Positions 26,898 through 36,105 of a DNA stretch of 48,631 nucleotides are shown here, in pieces. The position numbers and the translations under genes were made by a program. Origin of the DNA: Bacillota bacterium (GTDB taxonomy: Bacteria > Bacillota > Clostridia > Christensenellales > UBA1242); the NCBI GenBank assembly GCA_009780375.1, contig WRAD01000003.1:1-48631 (forward strand), written 5' to 3'. The notes beneath the pieces are model-generated. The model made no database searches. It saw nothing but the letters and a program-made list of their open reading frames with translations, and was not told the DNA's origin. The stretch's first letter is position 1. The number at the start of each line of letters is the position of its first letter.

Positions 26898-26928
26898 ATT
26901 TGTATGGAGAAGTTTAACAATTTATGAC
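26898..26928 (-). promoter_or_regulatory. Sigma-E-type promoter candidate for spoIVA
   Basis: The minus strand reads GTCATAAA (26928..26921), 14 nt, then CATACAAAT (26906..26898). This fits the mother-cell sigma-E consensus (-35 tcATAtt, -10 CATACAnT). spoIVA is sigma-E-dependent in B. subtilis. Confidence 0.45.
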
Positions 26929-26937
26929 AGGATTTTT

Positions 26938-26979
26938 TTACAAACAAAAACCCCGAATACAGACCTGCAATATTCGGGG
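26938..26979 (-). terminator. Rho-independent terminator after obg
   Basis: A 9-bp stem CCCCGAATA/TATTCGGGG (26979..26971 and 26959..26951) is followed on the minus strand by TTTTTGTTTG. Confidence 0.75.
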
Positions 26980-27025
26980 AAATGCATACCTATATTATAC
27001 TTAATATTATAAATTTTGTCAATAG

Positions 27026-28315
27026 TTATTCGACAAATTCAAATTCTACTTCGCCTACATGAACAATGGATCCTTGTGTCATACCTGCGTTTTTAAGTGC
27101 ATCAATTATACCGCTCTGCACAAGTCTTCTTTGAAAATAATGATTTGATTCGCTGTCGGTGAGAACGACACCTCGGATGAGGTTTTCGACGAGAGGCCCT
27201 TCGACGATAAAGATTTTTTCTTCACCGGATTTTGTGTTTTCAATTTCCATTCTGATGTGGAATTCATTTTTGTTGACCTGTTCTTCGAGAGTTGTAAATA
27301 TTGGTTCAAGCGATAACTTTGGAATGTCTTTGAGTATTGATGCAGTGTATTTTACAAGTTCCACAACACCTTGGTTTATTGCACCAATTATTTCAAAGAT
27401 TGGATATTTTGATTTAATTTTTTTGCGAAAGTTTTTAATTACCTCTGGGTCTGCAATATCACATTTATTAAGTGCAATAATCCTAGGTTTATTTGCAAGT
27501 TCATTACTGAATTCGGACAATTCTTTGTTTATTACATTATAATCATCTATGATTGTCCGACCTTCTTGTTCGCTTGCATCAATTACATGAATAAGAACAC
27601 GTGTTCGGGTCAAGTGCTTTAAAAAATCATGTCCAAGACCAATTCCTTGAGATGCACCTTCTATAAGTCCTGGGATATCGGCAACTATTATATTTTGATC
27701 AAGTATATTTGTAACCGCGATATTTGGTGACAAGGTTGTAAAAGGATATGACGCGATCTTGGGATTGGATCTTGAAATCATACTTAGAAGTGTACTCTTA
27801 CCTGCATTTGGAAATCCGACAAGTCCAACATCAGCTATGCTGTTTAATTCAAGGATTACTTGGTATTCCTTGGTTATTATTCCTGTTTGTGAAAAATTTG
27901 GCGTTTGCTTTTTACTTGTTGCAAAAAAATTATTACCTTTACCACCAGCCCCACCCCGAAGTGCAACAAATTGTTGCTCGTCATCAATAATATCTGCAAG
28001 TAATTCTTTATTTTCATTATTAATTTTATATATTTTAGTCCCAAGAGGTACGTATACCAATTGAGATTTACCCGTTGCCCCAGACCTATGACGTTTTGAA
28101 CCATTTGCACCTGCTTCGGCATAAAATTTCTTGTTGAATCTAAAATCAATCAGATTATCTACACGCGTTGTTCCAACAAAAATAATATCTCCACCTCGTC
28201 CGCCATCACCACCATCTGGTCCACCTTTCATTGTTAATTTATCACGGAAAAACGACACATGACCGTTACCTCCATTCCCCGCCTTAATTGTTATTGTAAC
28301 TTTATCTAAAAACAT
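27026..28315 (-). CDS. obg: GTPase Obg/CgtA
   Basis: Glycine-rich Obg fold (AGNGGNGHVSF, GGPDGGDGGRGGD), G1 motif GFPNAGKST, and a C-terminal OCT-like domain. Confidence 0.95.
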   Translation of the reverse strand: MFLDKVTITIKAGNGGNGHVSFFRDKLTMKGGPDGGDGGRGGDIIFVGTTRVDNLIDFRFNKKFYAEAGANGSKRHRSGATGKSQLVYVPLGTKIYKINNENKELLADIIDDEQQFVALRGGAGGKGNNFFATSKKQTPNFSQTGIITKEYQVILELNSIADVGLVGFPNAGKSTLLSMISRSNPKIASYPFTTLSPNIAVTNILDQNIIVADIPGLIEGASQGIGLGHDFLKHLTRTRVLIHVIDASEQEGRTIIDDYNVINKELSEFSNELANKPRIIALNKCDIADPEVIKNFRKKIKSKYPIFEIIGAINQGVVELVKYTASILKDIPKLSLEPIFTTLEEQVNKNEFHIRMEIENTKSGEEKIFIVEGPLVENLIRGVVLTDSESNHYFQRRLVQSGIIDALKNAGMTQGSIVHVGEVEFEFVE

Positions 28316-28337
28316 ACTAAACCCAGTTTATCACAAA

Positions 28338-30740
28338 TCAACCAATTTCCAGGGTAAAAGTTTTACCCACAACAAGTTGCACATTAAATACTGTATTGTT
28401 TTCACCAAGTTTGTATTCTTTGCTCTTTAATTTTTTAAAGTTATGATTAAGTTGTATATCAATATTAACAGAGATTTTTGGAAAAATTTTGAGAATCACC
28501 CTACCAGATTTCATATCCCAACTTAGATTTATTTTTGCGGCAAAATCGGTTGCTATCCCGTTCACTTCCCCTGAGCCAAATTCAGGTAAAATTATCGGAA
28601 GAATACGTAGTGTTTTCTTGTCACTTTGAATTATGCATTCTGTAACTGCGGTGGCAAATCCAAGGTTTCCTGCAATATCAATAGATGGATTTTCAGAGTT
28701 TGTATAACCACTTCCTCGCCAATCATTTGTCAAACATACACCGGATGCGGTAAAACATGATGACAAAAGCCTTATAAGGGATTCACGAGTTGCTTCGATA
28801 TTTCCAGAATGAGCAAGTTGGATTGAATACATTGCAAGCGTTTTTGCATCTTGCACAGAACTTGCATTTTTGATTCTTGCTGTGATTGCATTTTGCGAAG
28901 CCTGTCTTAGTGATATTACATTATCTTGAGTGGTTGCAACCGCCGGCTTGTATGGAAGGTTCTGGTCACTGAATGAAAAATTCTTCAACGGATACAAGCC
29001 ATAACAATGAAGGTTTCCACGATTCATAACGCCATCAATAAACGCACTGTTTGTATATTCTTTAATTTCACCCTTTTCATTTACAGAATAAGGTGGAAGT
29101 TTCTTTTTCATTTCCTGCCAAATTAAATCATCTTTTTTCGCACCTAGGACTTCAGATGCATGAAGAAGATTTTCAAGTAATGCGGAAAATGCCAAAAAGT
29201 CAACAGTAGAATTTGTAGTAAAACGAAAGTTTTCAAGCGGCTTACCCATTATAGTATTTCCAGGGATTGAATGTGGAGAGTAACTTGGAATTGTAGAGTA
29301 AAAACCGTTGTTATCAAGTTTTAAAAAGTCCGAATAGAAATTAAAAACCTCTTTCATAAATGGAAAGATTCGGCTCTTAAGTGTTTTGACATCACCTGTT
29401 ACAAGATAATGCGTATAGAATAAATTGGCCGCAAGTGCAGACGATGCAATAAAATGCAAGGTTGCCGAATCAACAGAACCAAATAATGCAGAATCAGGAC
29501 TTGTATTATTTGGAATTACATAACCAAGCGTTCCATATACACGGGCGGCATTCTTTTTAAGGTCGGCAGAATATTTCTCAAAGAAGCCAAAGAAATCAAG
29601 TAAATTATCTGGGTCAATAGAATTTACAAGTGTATTGTAAATTAATTGTGCAGTGTTATCAAAAGAAACAAGTGATTTCATATTAGACTGTGAAACCCAA
29701 AGACCTCCTGTTGAGAGCGATTTACCCATACAGATGGTCAAATATTTTGCAAAATTCCATGCTTTTACAATTAAATATTCTGGAATAATGCTTTTGTGGC
29801 TCTGATTTACAAGCATTGCCATATCTTGAAAATCTTCCAGAGTTTTCTCTGATGATTTAATTGATAAACTCACTTCGTTAAAAAGCCTCTTATGTATTGC
29901 CTCATTTGCATTTTGCAGTTTGGAATAAGTATATTTTATATTTTGAAGTTCTGTTTTAAGTGCTTTGAATTGTGTTTCTTTATTTCCACCAACAAATGGT
30001 TTTGCCAATATTGTTATTTCATCTGCATCTTTTATAACAATACCGTTCTCTGTGTTGGCCGGAATACCTCCATTTACAATTATTCGTGCAACAAGACCAT
30101 AGTCATTGGCTTTTTCTTTGGCGGCAAAATAAATATATCCGCCCTCATATTTGCATGTTATCAGAGATTTACCTTTGGCTTCATTTGATGAATCATCGAT
30201 TAAATGTGCAACCGAAATATTTAAATTTATTTTTTGCAAACCATTTTTATATATATTATAGGCAATAATATCGGTGGTTCTCCCAACAAAAGCACTTCTC
30301 TCTATCTTTGTTGCATCCGCATTGTATGTTACAAGAACCTCTGCACTTTCCATGTTTGTCATTCTTTTATACTCGCTAATCTTACCTTGGTTAAGAAAGT
30401 CAAGTTTTATTTGACAAAGTGGTATTTGAATATCAGGTCTTGGGTTACAGTTTTTTTTCTTGAATTCAGTTTCAAGAAGTTTTTCCGCATCAAAAATCTT
30501 TCCATCCGCATAAAGTTTTCTTACATTTGCAAACTTATCGGAAACATCTTGTAAGACCCCTGTATAACCACCAGCTTTGAGGTCGGCATGATTAACAAGA
30601 ATGCGTTCATTTGCAAATGCACCTGTCAACGCGATACCCACCCTTCCATTACCCAAAAGACTTGCATCAAGATATGGATTTCCAAAGAAATTGGATGGTT
30701 GTGTATTAAATATTATGTTTGCATCGTTTAATTTTGCCAT
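28338..30740 (-). CDS. Glycoside hydrolase family 95-like protein (alpha-L-fucosidase-like), no signal peptide
   Basis: N-terminal LLGNGRVGIALTG...ILVNHADLKAGG resembles the GH95 N-domain. C-terminal IDIAGNLGFATAVTECIIQSDKKTLRILPIILPEF...GIATDFAAKINLSWD parallels the GH95 segment DGNFG-TA-IAEML-QS...LLPALP...GLRARGGF. Confidence 0.6.
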   Translation of the reverse strand: MAKLNDANIIFNTQPSNFFGNPYLDASLLGNGRVGIALTGAFANERILVNHADLKAGGYTGVLQDVSDKFANVRKLYADGKIFDAEKLLETEFKKKNCNPRPDIQIPLCQIKLDFLNQGKISEYKRMTNMESAEVLVTYNADATKIERSAFVGRTTDIIAYNIYKNGLQKINLNISVAHLIDDSSNEAKGKSLITCKYEGGYIYFAAKEKANDYGLVARIIVNGGIPANTENGIVIKDADEITILAKPFVGGNKETQFKALKTELQNIKYTYSKLQNANEAIHKRLFNEVSLSIKSSEKTLEDFQDMAMLVNQSHKSIIPEYLIVKAWNFAKYLTICMGKSLSTGGLWVSQSNMKSLVSFDNTAQLIYNTLVNSIDPDNLLDFFGFFEKYSADLKKNAARVYGTLGYVIPNNTSPDSALFGSVDSATLHFIASSALAANLFYTHYLVTGDVKTLKSRIFPFMKEVFNFYSDFLKLDNNGFYSTIPSYSPHSIPGNTIMGKPLENFRFTTNSTVDFLAFSALLENLLHASEVLGAKKDDLIWQEMKKKLPPYSVNEKGEIKEYTNSAFIDGVMNRGNLHCYGLYPLKNFSFSDQNLPYKPAVATTQDNVISLRQASQNAITARIKNASSVQDAKTLAMYSIQLAHSGNIEATRESLIRLLSSCFTASGVCLTNDWRGSGYTNSENPSIDIAGNLGFATAVTECIIQSDKKTLRILPIILPEFGSGEVNGIATDFAAKINLSWDMKSGRVILKIFPKISVNIDIQLNHNFKKLKSKEYKLGENNTVFNVQLVVGKTFTLEIG

Positions 30741-30792
30741 GATGATATCATACCATATTTATGATCCAAGTTACAAGTTATTATCACAATTT

Positions 30793-32478
30793 TCAGCGTG
30801 TAAAATGAAGTCCAAGTTCAATTTCAACATCAAAGTTAAATCCAAGATCAATTTCAAACATATCAAGTATTCCATCAATATTGACGATTGCCTCGAAAGA
30901 AATTATATTTGTACGACTGTCGTATATTACTTGTAATTGTATTGCTTGTGAAAGGATATTAAAGATATCTGCTGCACCCAAATGCTCAAACGAAGGAACT
31001 AGTTCATTAAGTGCACCTGCTATTGCAACACCAAAGAAACCTAGAGGGCTTAGAATTGCAGTATGGTTATCCTCGTCTGTAAATGTTTCGGTAATAATTA
31101 CTTGGTTACGCGTACCACCTATGTTAACAAGTGTATAGAATACATTACTTAGAAGAAGATCGGTAACATCTTCACCGAGCATATCTTCAAGTATATCAAC
31201 CTGTATACCAAATACATTAGAGTTACCGAAATTCAACTGAACCATTTCACCGGCAAGATCAATAATACCTTTAAATAATTCTGGAATTTCGTTAATAATT
31301 TCTAGAACCATCGGCAGAATTTCTTTGACCTCTGGAATCGCAAGAAACAAGAAATCAATTATTGCAGAATCACCAAGAGCAACAATTACATCAAGCAAAC
31401 CATTTACAAGCGAATCAACAACATCTGTGGTTGTGTTTGCAACATCATCAAGTGCATCCAAAACGATTGGAATAAATTCATCTGCAACAAAAGTAAAGAA
31501 TGCATCTGCCTTGGTTGTATCAAGATGATTAACATCAAAGTCTGGGATAAGAGTAAAACTTATATATAAAACATCAACAAGCATGTCAAGCACCAATGCA
31601 TTTTCCATGAGTGAACGGAAAATCACAAGGGTATCCACAATATCGGTCGCAAAGATGTCAAACAAAGAATCCTTTATCCAATCAATATCACCAAGTTCGG
31701 TTGCAATCGTTTGAAATGCAAGTGCGTGGTCTGTCCAAATGTCTTCAAATGCCTCTTCGGTAATTTCAGGAAGAAGTATGCTGAACAAGTGGTTCAACAG
31801 GTCTTCTGATGTTATGAATGCATCTGCTTCTAGACGTGTGAAAACATCAAGATGTACAAGCAAGTCAACTAATGACATATCAAGATGATTATCTTCGATA
31901 TAATCAAGATCTAAAAGGAAAAATAGAATTGCCTCGGCAAGTCCTATAAAATTCATAGGTTGCGATTCAGGGAAAATTGAAACAAGTTCATTAGCAATAT
32001 TTGTACGTACAGTATGATGTCCAAAGAGTTCAAATATACGCGTTGCCTGCTCCTCTGGAGACAGCATAAATTCACCTTCATAAGTTGCAAACAGTCCATA
32101 TGGTGCCTGGGTATCCCTAATGATAAGTGGTACAACAGTATTTACAAGTGTTTTGGTTAAATCCTGTGCACCAATGACAATGTCGCCACCCAAAAACAAA
32201 CGCATAGTTGGTTCAAGCAATTGATCAAGAATATTTCCAAGTGCCTCGGTCAAAATTGGTGTTGCGACATCGGTCACAAGTTCAACAAGCCCTTCCCTGT
32301 CCTCAAGATTTACTGTGTGTTCGCCAATTGTAACATGATTCAGTGTATACGTGCCTCGTGCGATGCGATTAGAATTACCGCCCCCCATCAAAACAATTGC
32401 AACAGGAACAATTACACCTATTACAAGTACACATGCAAGCACGATGGCAAGTGTTTTTTTACTTATTTTTGAAGCCAT
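30793..32478 (-). CDS. N-terminally membrane-anchored, highly acidic D/E/L/I/V-rich protein of unknown function
   Basis: The ATG at 32478 follows GGAAGGAGAA. MASKISKKTLAIVLACVLVIGVIVPVAIVLMGG is the TM segment, followed by about 520 aa with no recognised motif. Confidence 0.6.
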   Translation of the reverse strand: MASKISKKTLAIVLACVLVIGVIVPVAIVLMGGGNSNRIARGTYTLNHVTIGEHTVNLEDREGLVELVTDVATPILTEALGNILDQLLEPTMRLFLGGDIVIGAQDLTKTLVNTVVPLIIRDTQAPYGLFATYEGEFMLSPEEQATRIFELFGHHTVRTNIANELVSIFPESQPMNFIGLAEAILFFLLDLDYIEDNHLDMSLVDLLVHLDVFTRLEADAFITSEDLLNHLFSILLPEITEEAFEDIWTDHALAFQTIATELGDIDWIKDSLFDIFATDIVDTLVIFRSLMENALVLDMLVDVLYISFTLIPDFDVNHLDTTKADAFFTFVADEFIPIVLDALDDVANTTTDVVDSLVNGLLDVIVALGDSAIIDFLFLAIPEVKEILPMVLEIINEIPELFKGIIDLAGEMVQLNFGNSNVFGIQVDILEDMLGEDVTDLLLSNVFYTLVNIGGTRNQVIITETFTDEDNHTAILSPLGFFGVAIAGALNELVPSFEHLGAADIFNILSQAIQLQVIYDSRTNIISFEAIVNIDGILDMFEIDLGFNFDVEIELGLHFTR

Positions 32479-32539
32479 AGCGTTCTCCTTCCGTAATAAC
32501 ACAAGACTAGCATAGTTTGTGTGTTAAACAAACGAATTA

Positions 32540-32707
32540 TCAGTTCCTGATATATACGAGTTTTGAATAATTGGCAATAGACATAACTAGCCTATACGAC
32601 CTCTTTGAACATAGAATGGGGCGGCCAAAGATGTACCTTGACCTACTACATAAAAATATAAAAATAGTTAATACGATTATCCTAAATTTTAACACACCGT
32701 TTTTCAT
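32540..32707 (-). CDS. Possible 55-aa small membrane/basic protein, below ORF-track cutoff
   Basis: Manual translation gives MKNGVLKFRIIVLTIFIFLCSRSRYIFGRPILCSKRSYRLVMSIANYSKLVYIRN. GGGGG lies 4 nt upstream of the ATG. This is weak evidence. Confidence 0.25.
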   Translation of the reverse strand: MKNGVLKFRIIVLTIFIFLCSRSRYIFGRPILCSKRSYRLVMSIANYSKLVYIRN

Positions 32708-32721
32708 TAGCCCCCTAAAAG

Positions 32722-33183
32722 TTATTCATTTAAGTGAATCAGCGGAATGACACTTGCCCATTCAATATCATTACGCGTTTCATTTAAAATGTTAACATAC
32801 TCTACAATTCTTTGCCTGTCTGGTTGTATTAAAGTTATTGTCAATGACATATTAAAAGTATCCATATTAATGGGATTGTCTACGAACAATCCCATTCTTT
32901 GTCTACGAATATTGTAATCCCTAAAAAGAGATGAATTCTCAACGCCAATACCTTGTAATTCTGGAAAAAATGTCCATGATACAATTGGCAATTCTCCGTC
33001 TAAAATCGATTGATCAATTATCGCAAGACTTGCACTATTTGATAAATTAACACTAAACTGTCTGTCGCAAAAATCAGGACGTTCAACGATGTTGCGTCCA
33101 CATCCAACCAAACTTAATATTGGAATAACCATCATCCCAACCCCAATCAATAACACAAATTTTAACAACTTACCTCTCTTCAT
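32722..33183 (-). CDS. Lipoprotein with subtilase-prodomain-like domain
   Basis: Signal peptide plus lipobox LVGC. Shares the DRQFSVN motif and the ...L.ITL.....R..I..Y...L pattern with 33457..33837 and with the N-terminal region of the S8 protease at 39613..42312. Confidence 0.6.
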   Translation of the reverse strand: MKRGKLLKFVLLIGVGMMVIPILSLVGCGRNIVERPDFCDRQFSVNLSNSASLAIIDQSILDGELPIVSWTFFPELQGIGVENSSLFRDYNIRRQRMGLFVDNPINMDTFNMSLTITLIQPDRQRIVEYVNILNETRNDIEWASVIPLIHLNE

Positions 33184-33267
33184 ACATGTATGATTACATC
33201 TATTGCTATATTTGGCAAATGATATTTCATAATATCTATCATAAGATATTGCTATTAAACTTATTTT

Positions 33268-33441
33268 TTAACATAAATCATCTTTAATTGTTGCGGTACT
33301 TTTTATCATGTTGTCCGCATTCAAACCATCAAAATTTGTATAAAATATTGATGCATATGCACTGTGAAAATCTGGTGATGTACTGAACGCAACAGGCATA
33401 CTTACAAATAAAAACATTAAAATTGCAATAAACTTTTTCAT
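33268..33441 (-). CDS. 57-aa secreted peptide/protein, below ORF-track cutoff
   Basis: Perfect SD AGGAGG 6 nt upstream of the ATG. MKKFIAILMFLFVSMPVAFSTSPDFHSAYASIFYTNFDGLNADNMIKSTATIKDDLC carries a signal-peptide-like N-terminus. Confidence 0.45.
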   Translation of the reverse strand: MKKFIAILMFLFVSMPVAFSTSPDFHSAYASIFYTNFDGLNADNMIKSTATIKDDLC

Positions 33442-33456
33442 TGGTTCCTCCTAATT

Positions 33457-33837
33457 TTATGCAATAGAATTATTATTTTCTAAAATTACATGTGCATATA
33501 AAACATCGTTTCTTTGTTTAAATAAACTAATTGCATTTAGCACATTTTCGCGTCCTTGATGCACCAATGTTACCCTCAGGACAATTCTATCCGGCGTACT
33601 TTCTATTGTTGCCCATAGATTATTTAACGCAACCCCTGTATCAAGAAAATCATTGACACTAAATTGACGGTCGGTTTCGGTGGCATGTCTGCTTGCTTCT
33701 TCTGTCAAGATAACCGTAAAATTTGTATCTGAAAAGTGCAAATCTTCTCTTCCTCGCCCACATCCCGCAAGAAAAACAATTGGCAATGCAAGTGCACCAA
33801 GCAACATTAATATTCCTAATACTCTAATTTTTCTCAT
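33457..33837 (-). CDS. Lipoprotein with subtilase-prodomain-like domain (paralogue of 32722..33183)
   Basis: Signal peptide plus lipobox LAGC. Contains DRQFSVN and the segment LRVTLVHQGRENVLNAISLFKQRNDVLYAHV. Confidence 0.6.
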   Translation of the reverse strand: MRKIRVLGILMLLGALALPIVFLAGCGRGREDLHFSDTNFTVILTEEASRHATETDRQFSVNDFLDTGVALNNLWATIESTPDRIVLRVTLVHQGRENVLNAISLFKQRNDVLYAHVILENNNSIA

Positions 33838-33950
33838 GCATAATTATTACATCCGTTCAGGGGATATGTCAAGTTAAAATTATTATAAGATTTATAAATT
33901 TGAATTTGCAGAATCTGTGTGAATATGGTGCGTAATAAGATAATTTCCTG

Positions 33951-33959
33951 TGCTATAAT
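33951..33959 (+). promoter_or_regulatory. Extended -10 promoter element (TGcTATAAT) 7 nt upstream of the trpS ATG
   Basis: TGC at 33951..33953 plus TATAAT at 33954..33959. The trpS ATG is at 33966 and has no SD upstream. Confidence 0.35.
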
Positions 33960-33965
33960 TATGTT

Positions 33966-34961
33966 ATGAATAAAACTGTGCTTACGGGGATTAAACCTAC
34001 TGGGGTTGCCCATATTGGAAATTATTTTGGGGCAATACGACCTGCGATAGAACTTGCAAATGCAACAGAAGGCCCAAGTTATCTTTTCTTGGCGGATTAT
34101 CATTCGTTGACGACGGTAAAAGATGGGGCAAGCCTTTGTGAATATGTTAAGGATGTTGCGTGTACATGGCTTGCATGTGGACTTGATGTTAAACGAAGTA
34201 TATTCTATCGCCAATCCGATGTACCTGGAATTTTTGAACTTGCAATTATTTTGGCAAACTATACTGCAAAGGGACTTCTTAATCGGGCACATGCGTACAA
34301 ATCTATTGTTCAAGATGCAATTGACAGAGGCGTTGACCCCGATCATAATGTGAATGTCGGGTTGTTTTATTATCCGGTGCTTCAGGCGGCAGATATTTTG
34401 GCATTTGATGTTGACTTGGTACCTGTTGGACAAGATCAAAAACAACATATCGAAATTTGTGCGGATATTGCAAAGTCTTTTAATGCGATACATGGAAATG
34501 TTTTACGTGTGCCTGATGTAATTATTAAAAAGGATGTTGCAACCCTTCCTGGTCTTGATGGACGCAAGATGAGCAAGAGTTACGGCAACCAAATTCCACT
34601 TTTTTGTTCAGAATCCGAATTAAAAAAGTATATAAAAAAAATCGTTACCGACAGTTCACTTCCGACCGACCCAAAATCAACAGACTGTTTGATTTTTCAA
34701 ATTTACAAACTATTCGCAACAGAAAGTGAAGTCGAAACTATGGCGAACAGATTTAAACAAGGCATTGGTTGGGGTACGGTTAAAGAGGAACTCTTTCTCG
34801 TTGCGAATCGAATGATTTCTCCTATGCGTGAAAAGTACGAATATTATATAAACAACTTTGAAGAGGTTGAAAAGGTCTTAATAGAAGGTGCAAAAAAAGC
34901 ACGGCAAGTTTCACAAAAAACACTCGAGCGAGTGCGAAAAGTAATAGGGGCAAGCACATGA
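33966..34961 (+). CDS. trpS: Tryptophan--tRNA ligase
   Basis: The N-terminus TGIKPTGVAHIGNYFGA carries the HIGH motif, and KMSKS is present (GRKMSKSYGN). The 331-aa length is typical. Confidence 0.95.
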   Translation: MNKTVLTGIKPTGVAHIGNYFGAIRPAIELANATEGPSYLFLADYHSLTTVKDGASLCEYVKDVACTWLACGLDVKRSIFYRQSDVPGIFELAIILANYTAKGLLNRAHAYKSIVQDAIDRGVDPDHNVNVGLFYYPVLQAADILAFDVDLVPVGQDQKQHIEICADIAKSFNAIHGNVLRVPDVIIKKDVATLPGLDGRKMSKSYGNQIPLFCSESELKKYIKKIVTDSSLPTDPKSTDCLIFQIYKLFATESEVETMANRFKQGIGWGTVKEELFLVANRMISPMREKYEYYINNFEEVEKVLIEGAKKARQVSQKTLERVRKVIGAST

Positions 34962-35422
34962 AACAAGTGGCATCAAATAAAAAAGCATATCACAATTATT
35001 TTATACTTGACACCATAGAGGCAGGTATACAACTGTATGGTTGGGAAGTGAAATCAGCACGAGCAAATAAAGTAAGTCTTCTTGAGAGTTTCGTTTACAT
35101 CTCGCTTGGCAAAAATAACACTTTCGAAGTGCATTTAAAAAACTCTCACTTTGCAAATTACGAGAATGGTGTTGTTAAAGAACAAGATGTAAGACGAAGT
35201 CGGAAACTTCTTATGAATCGCAATCAAATTGACAAATTTCATAAGGCGGTCGCAACAAAAGGTGTGACTTGTGTTGTTACAAGAATCTATTTTAATAAAA
35301 AGGGGCTTTTAAAAGCAGAGGTTGCACTTGCAAAAGGAAAGCAGACGTTTGACAAAAAACAAGTTTTAAAAGAAAGAGACCTTAAACGTGAAACAGAGCG
35401 TGCGATTAAAATATATAAATAA
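34958..35422 (+). CDS. smpB: SsrA-binding protein
   Basis: NKKAYHNYFILDTIEAGIQLYGWEVKS is the canonical SmpB N-terminus. The start overlaps the trpS stop (ATGA). Confidence 0.95.
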   Translation: MKQVASNKKAYHNYFILDTIEAGIQLYGWEVKSARANKVSLLESFVYISLGKNNTFEVHLKNSHFANYENGVVKEQDVRRSRKLLMNRNQIDKFHKAVATKGVTCVVTRIYFNKKGLLKAEVALAKGKQTFDKKQVLKERDLKRETERAIKIYK

Positions 35423-36038
35423 GTCTTGATAAAAGTACAAAGTTTAAAAACCATTCAACAAGCCCAAGTACAGCGATAAAACATAAAACCATTAAAAGCG
35501 GGCGACGAATTTCTGGCAAGCGGCAAGCGGATTTAAATCCATATTGCCTAATTTGTTTTCCAAGTTTCAAAAAGAAAATCGAAATGCAAATAAAGAAAAC
35601 AAGCAGTGTCACAAGGACAAGCATATAGATTATAAAGAATGGTGCCCCATGGAAAAAGCCAAAACGATCAACTATCCACCAGAGATTTATCACCATCCAA
35701 AAACTTCTAAATGCGAGATAGATGAATGTAAAAATCCATGTCCATTTTGTTAGACTGAACAAGAAAATAATTATTCCGCCAAAGAAAATATCTGTAAGTC
35801 TTGCAAAAATAAAACTGAAAAATCCTCTGCCGGGAGATGCAACGTTTGCAACATTTCCATCAAGTAATCCGCGTGTAATTCGCATATGGTTAAGAAACGG
35901 ATCAAAGGTTACAATAATGCCTATGATTATACCCGCAACAACAAAAATGGACAAAAAAATTACAAGCGTTTTATTTTCACGCCAAAACTGGTTCAGATTA
36001 TTTCGCAGGTCATACCCTCTTCGGCGTCTAAATTTCAT
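35406..36038 (-). CDS. Polytopic membrane protein, SpoIIM-like (stage II sporulation protein M family) - tentative
   Basis: About 210 aa with about 5 TM segments, a basic N-terminus followed by a TM segment, and an overall layout like B. subtilis SpoIIM. Sequence similarity was judged by eye only. Confidence 0.4.
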   Translation of the reverse strand: MKFRRRRGYDLRNNLNQFWRENKTLVIFLSIFVVAGIIIGIIVTFDPFLNHMRITRGLLDGNVANVASPGRGFFSFIFARLTDIFFGGIIIFLFSLTKWTWIFTFIYLAFRSFWMVINLWWIVDRFGFFHGAPFFIIYMLVLVTLLVFFICISIFFLKLGKQIRQYGFKSACRLPEIRRPLLMVLCFIAVLGLVEWFLNFVLLSRLIYIF

Positions 36039-36105
36039 GTCTATATCTATTCAGATATTAAATCGGTAATGACTGTAATTAAAAAGTTTGTCGATTATTT
36101 TTGAT

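Noticed and set aside
33838-33965. Expected T-box riboswitch upstream of trpS
   Set aside because: The region is only about 128 nt. I could not find a T-box (AATTAGGGTGGTACCGCG-like) sequence or a terminator/antiterminator pair.
33834-34493. 219-aa minus-strand ORF overlapping the 5' half of trpS
   Set aside because: It is entirely antisense to a confidently identified trpS. Its Cys/Ile/Asn/Arg-rich composition is typical of an antisense frame in AT-rich DNA, and it has no SD.
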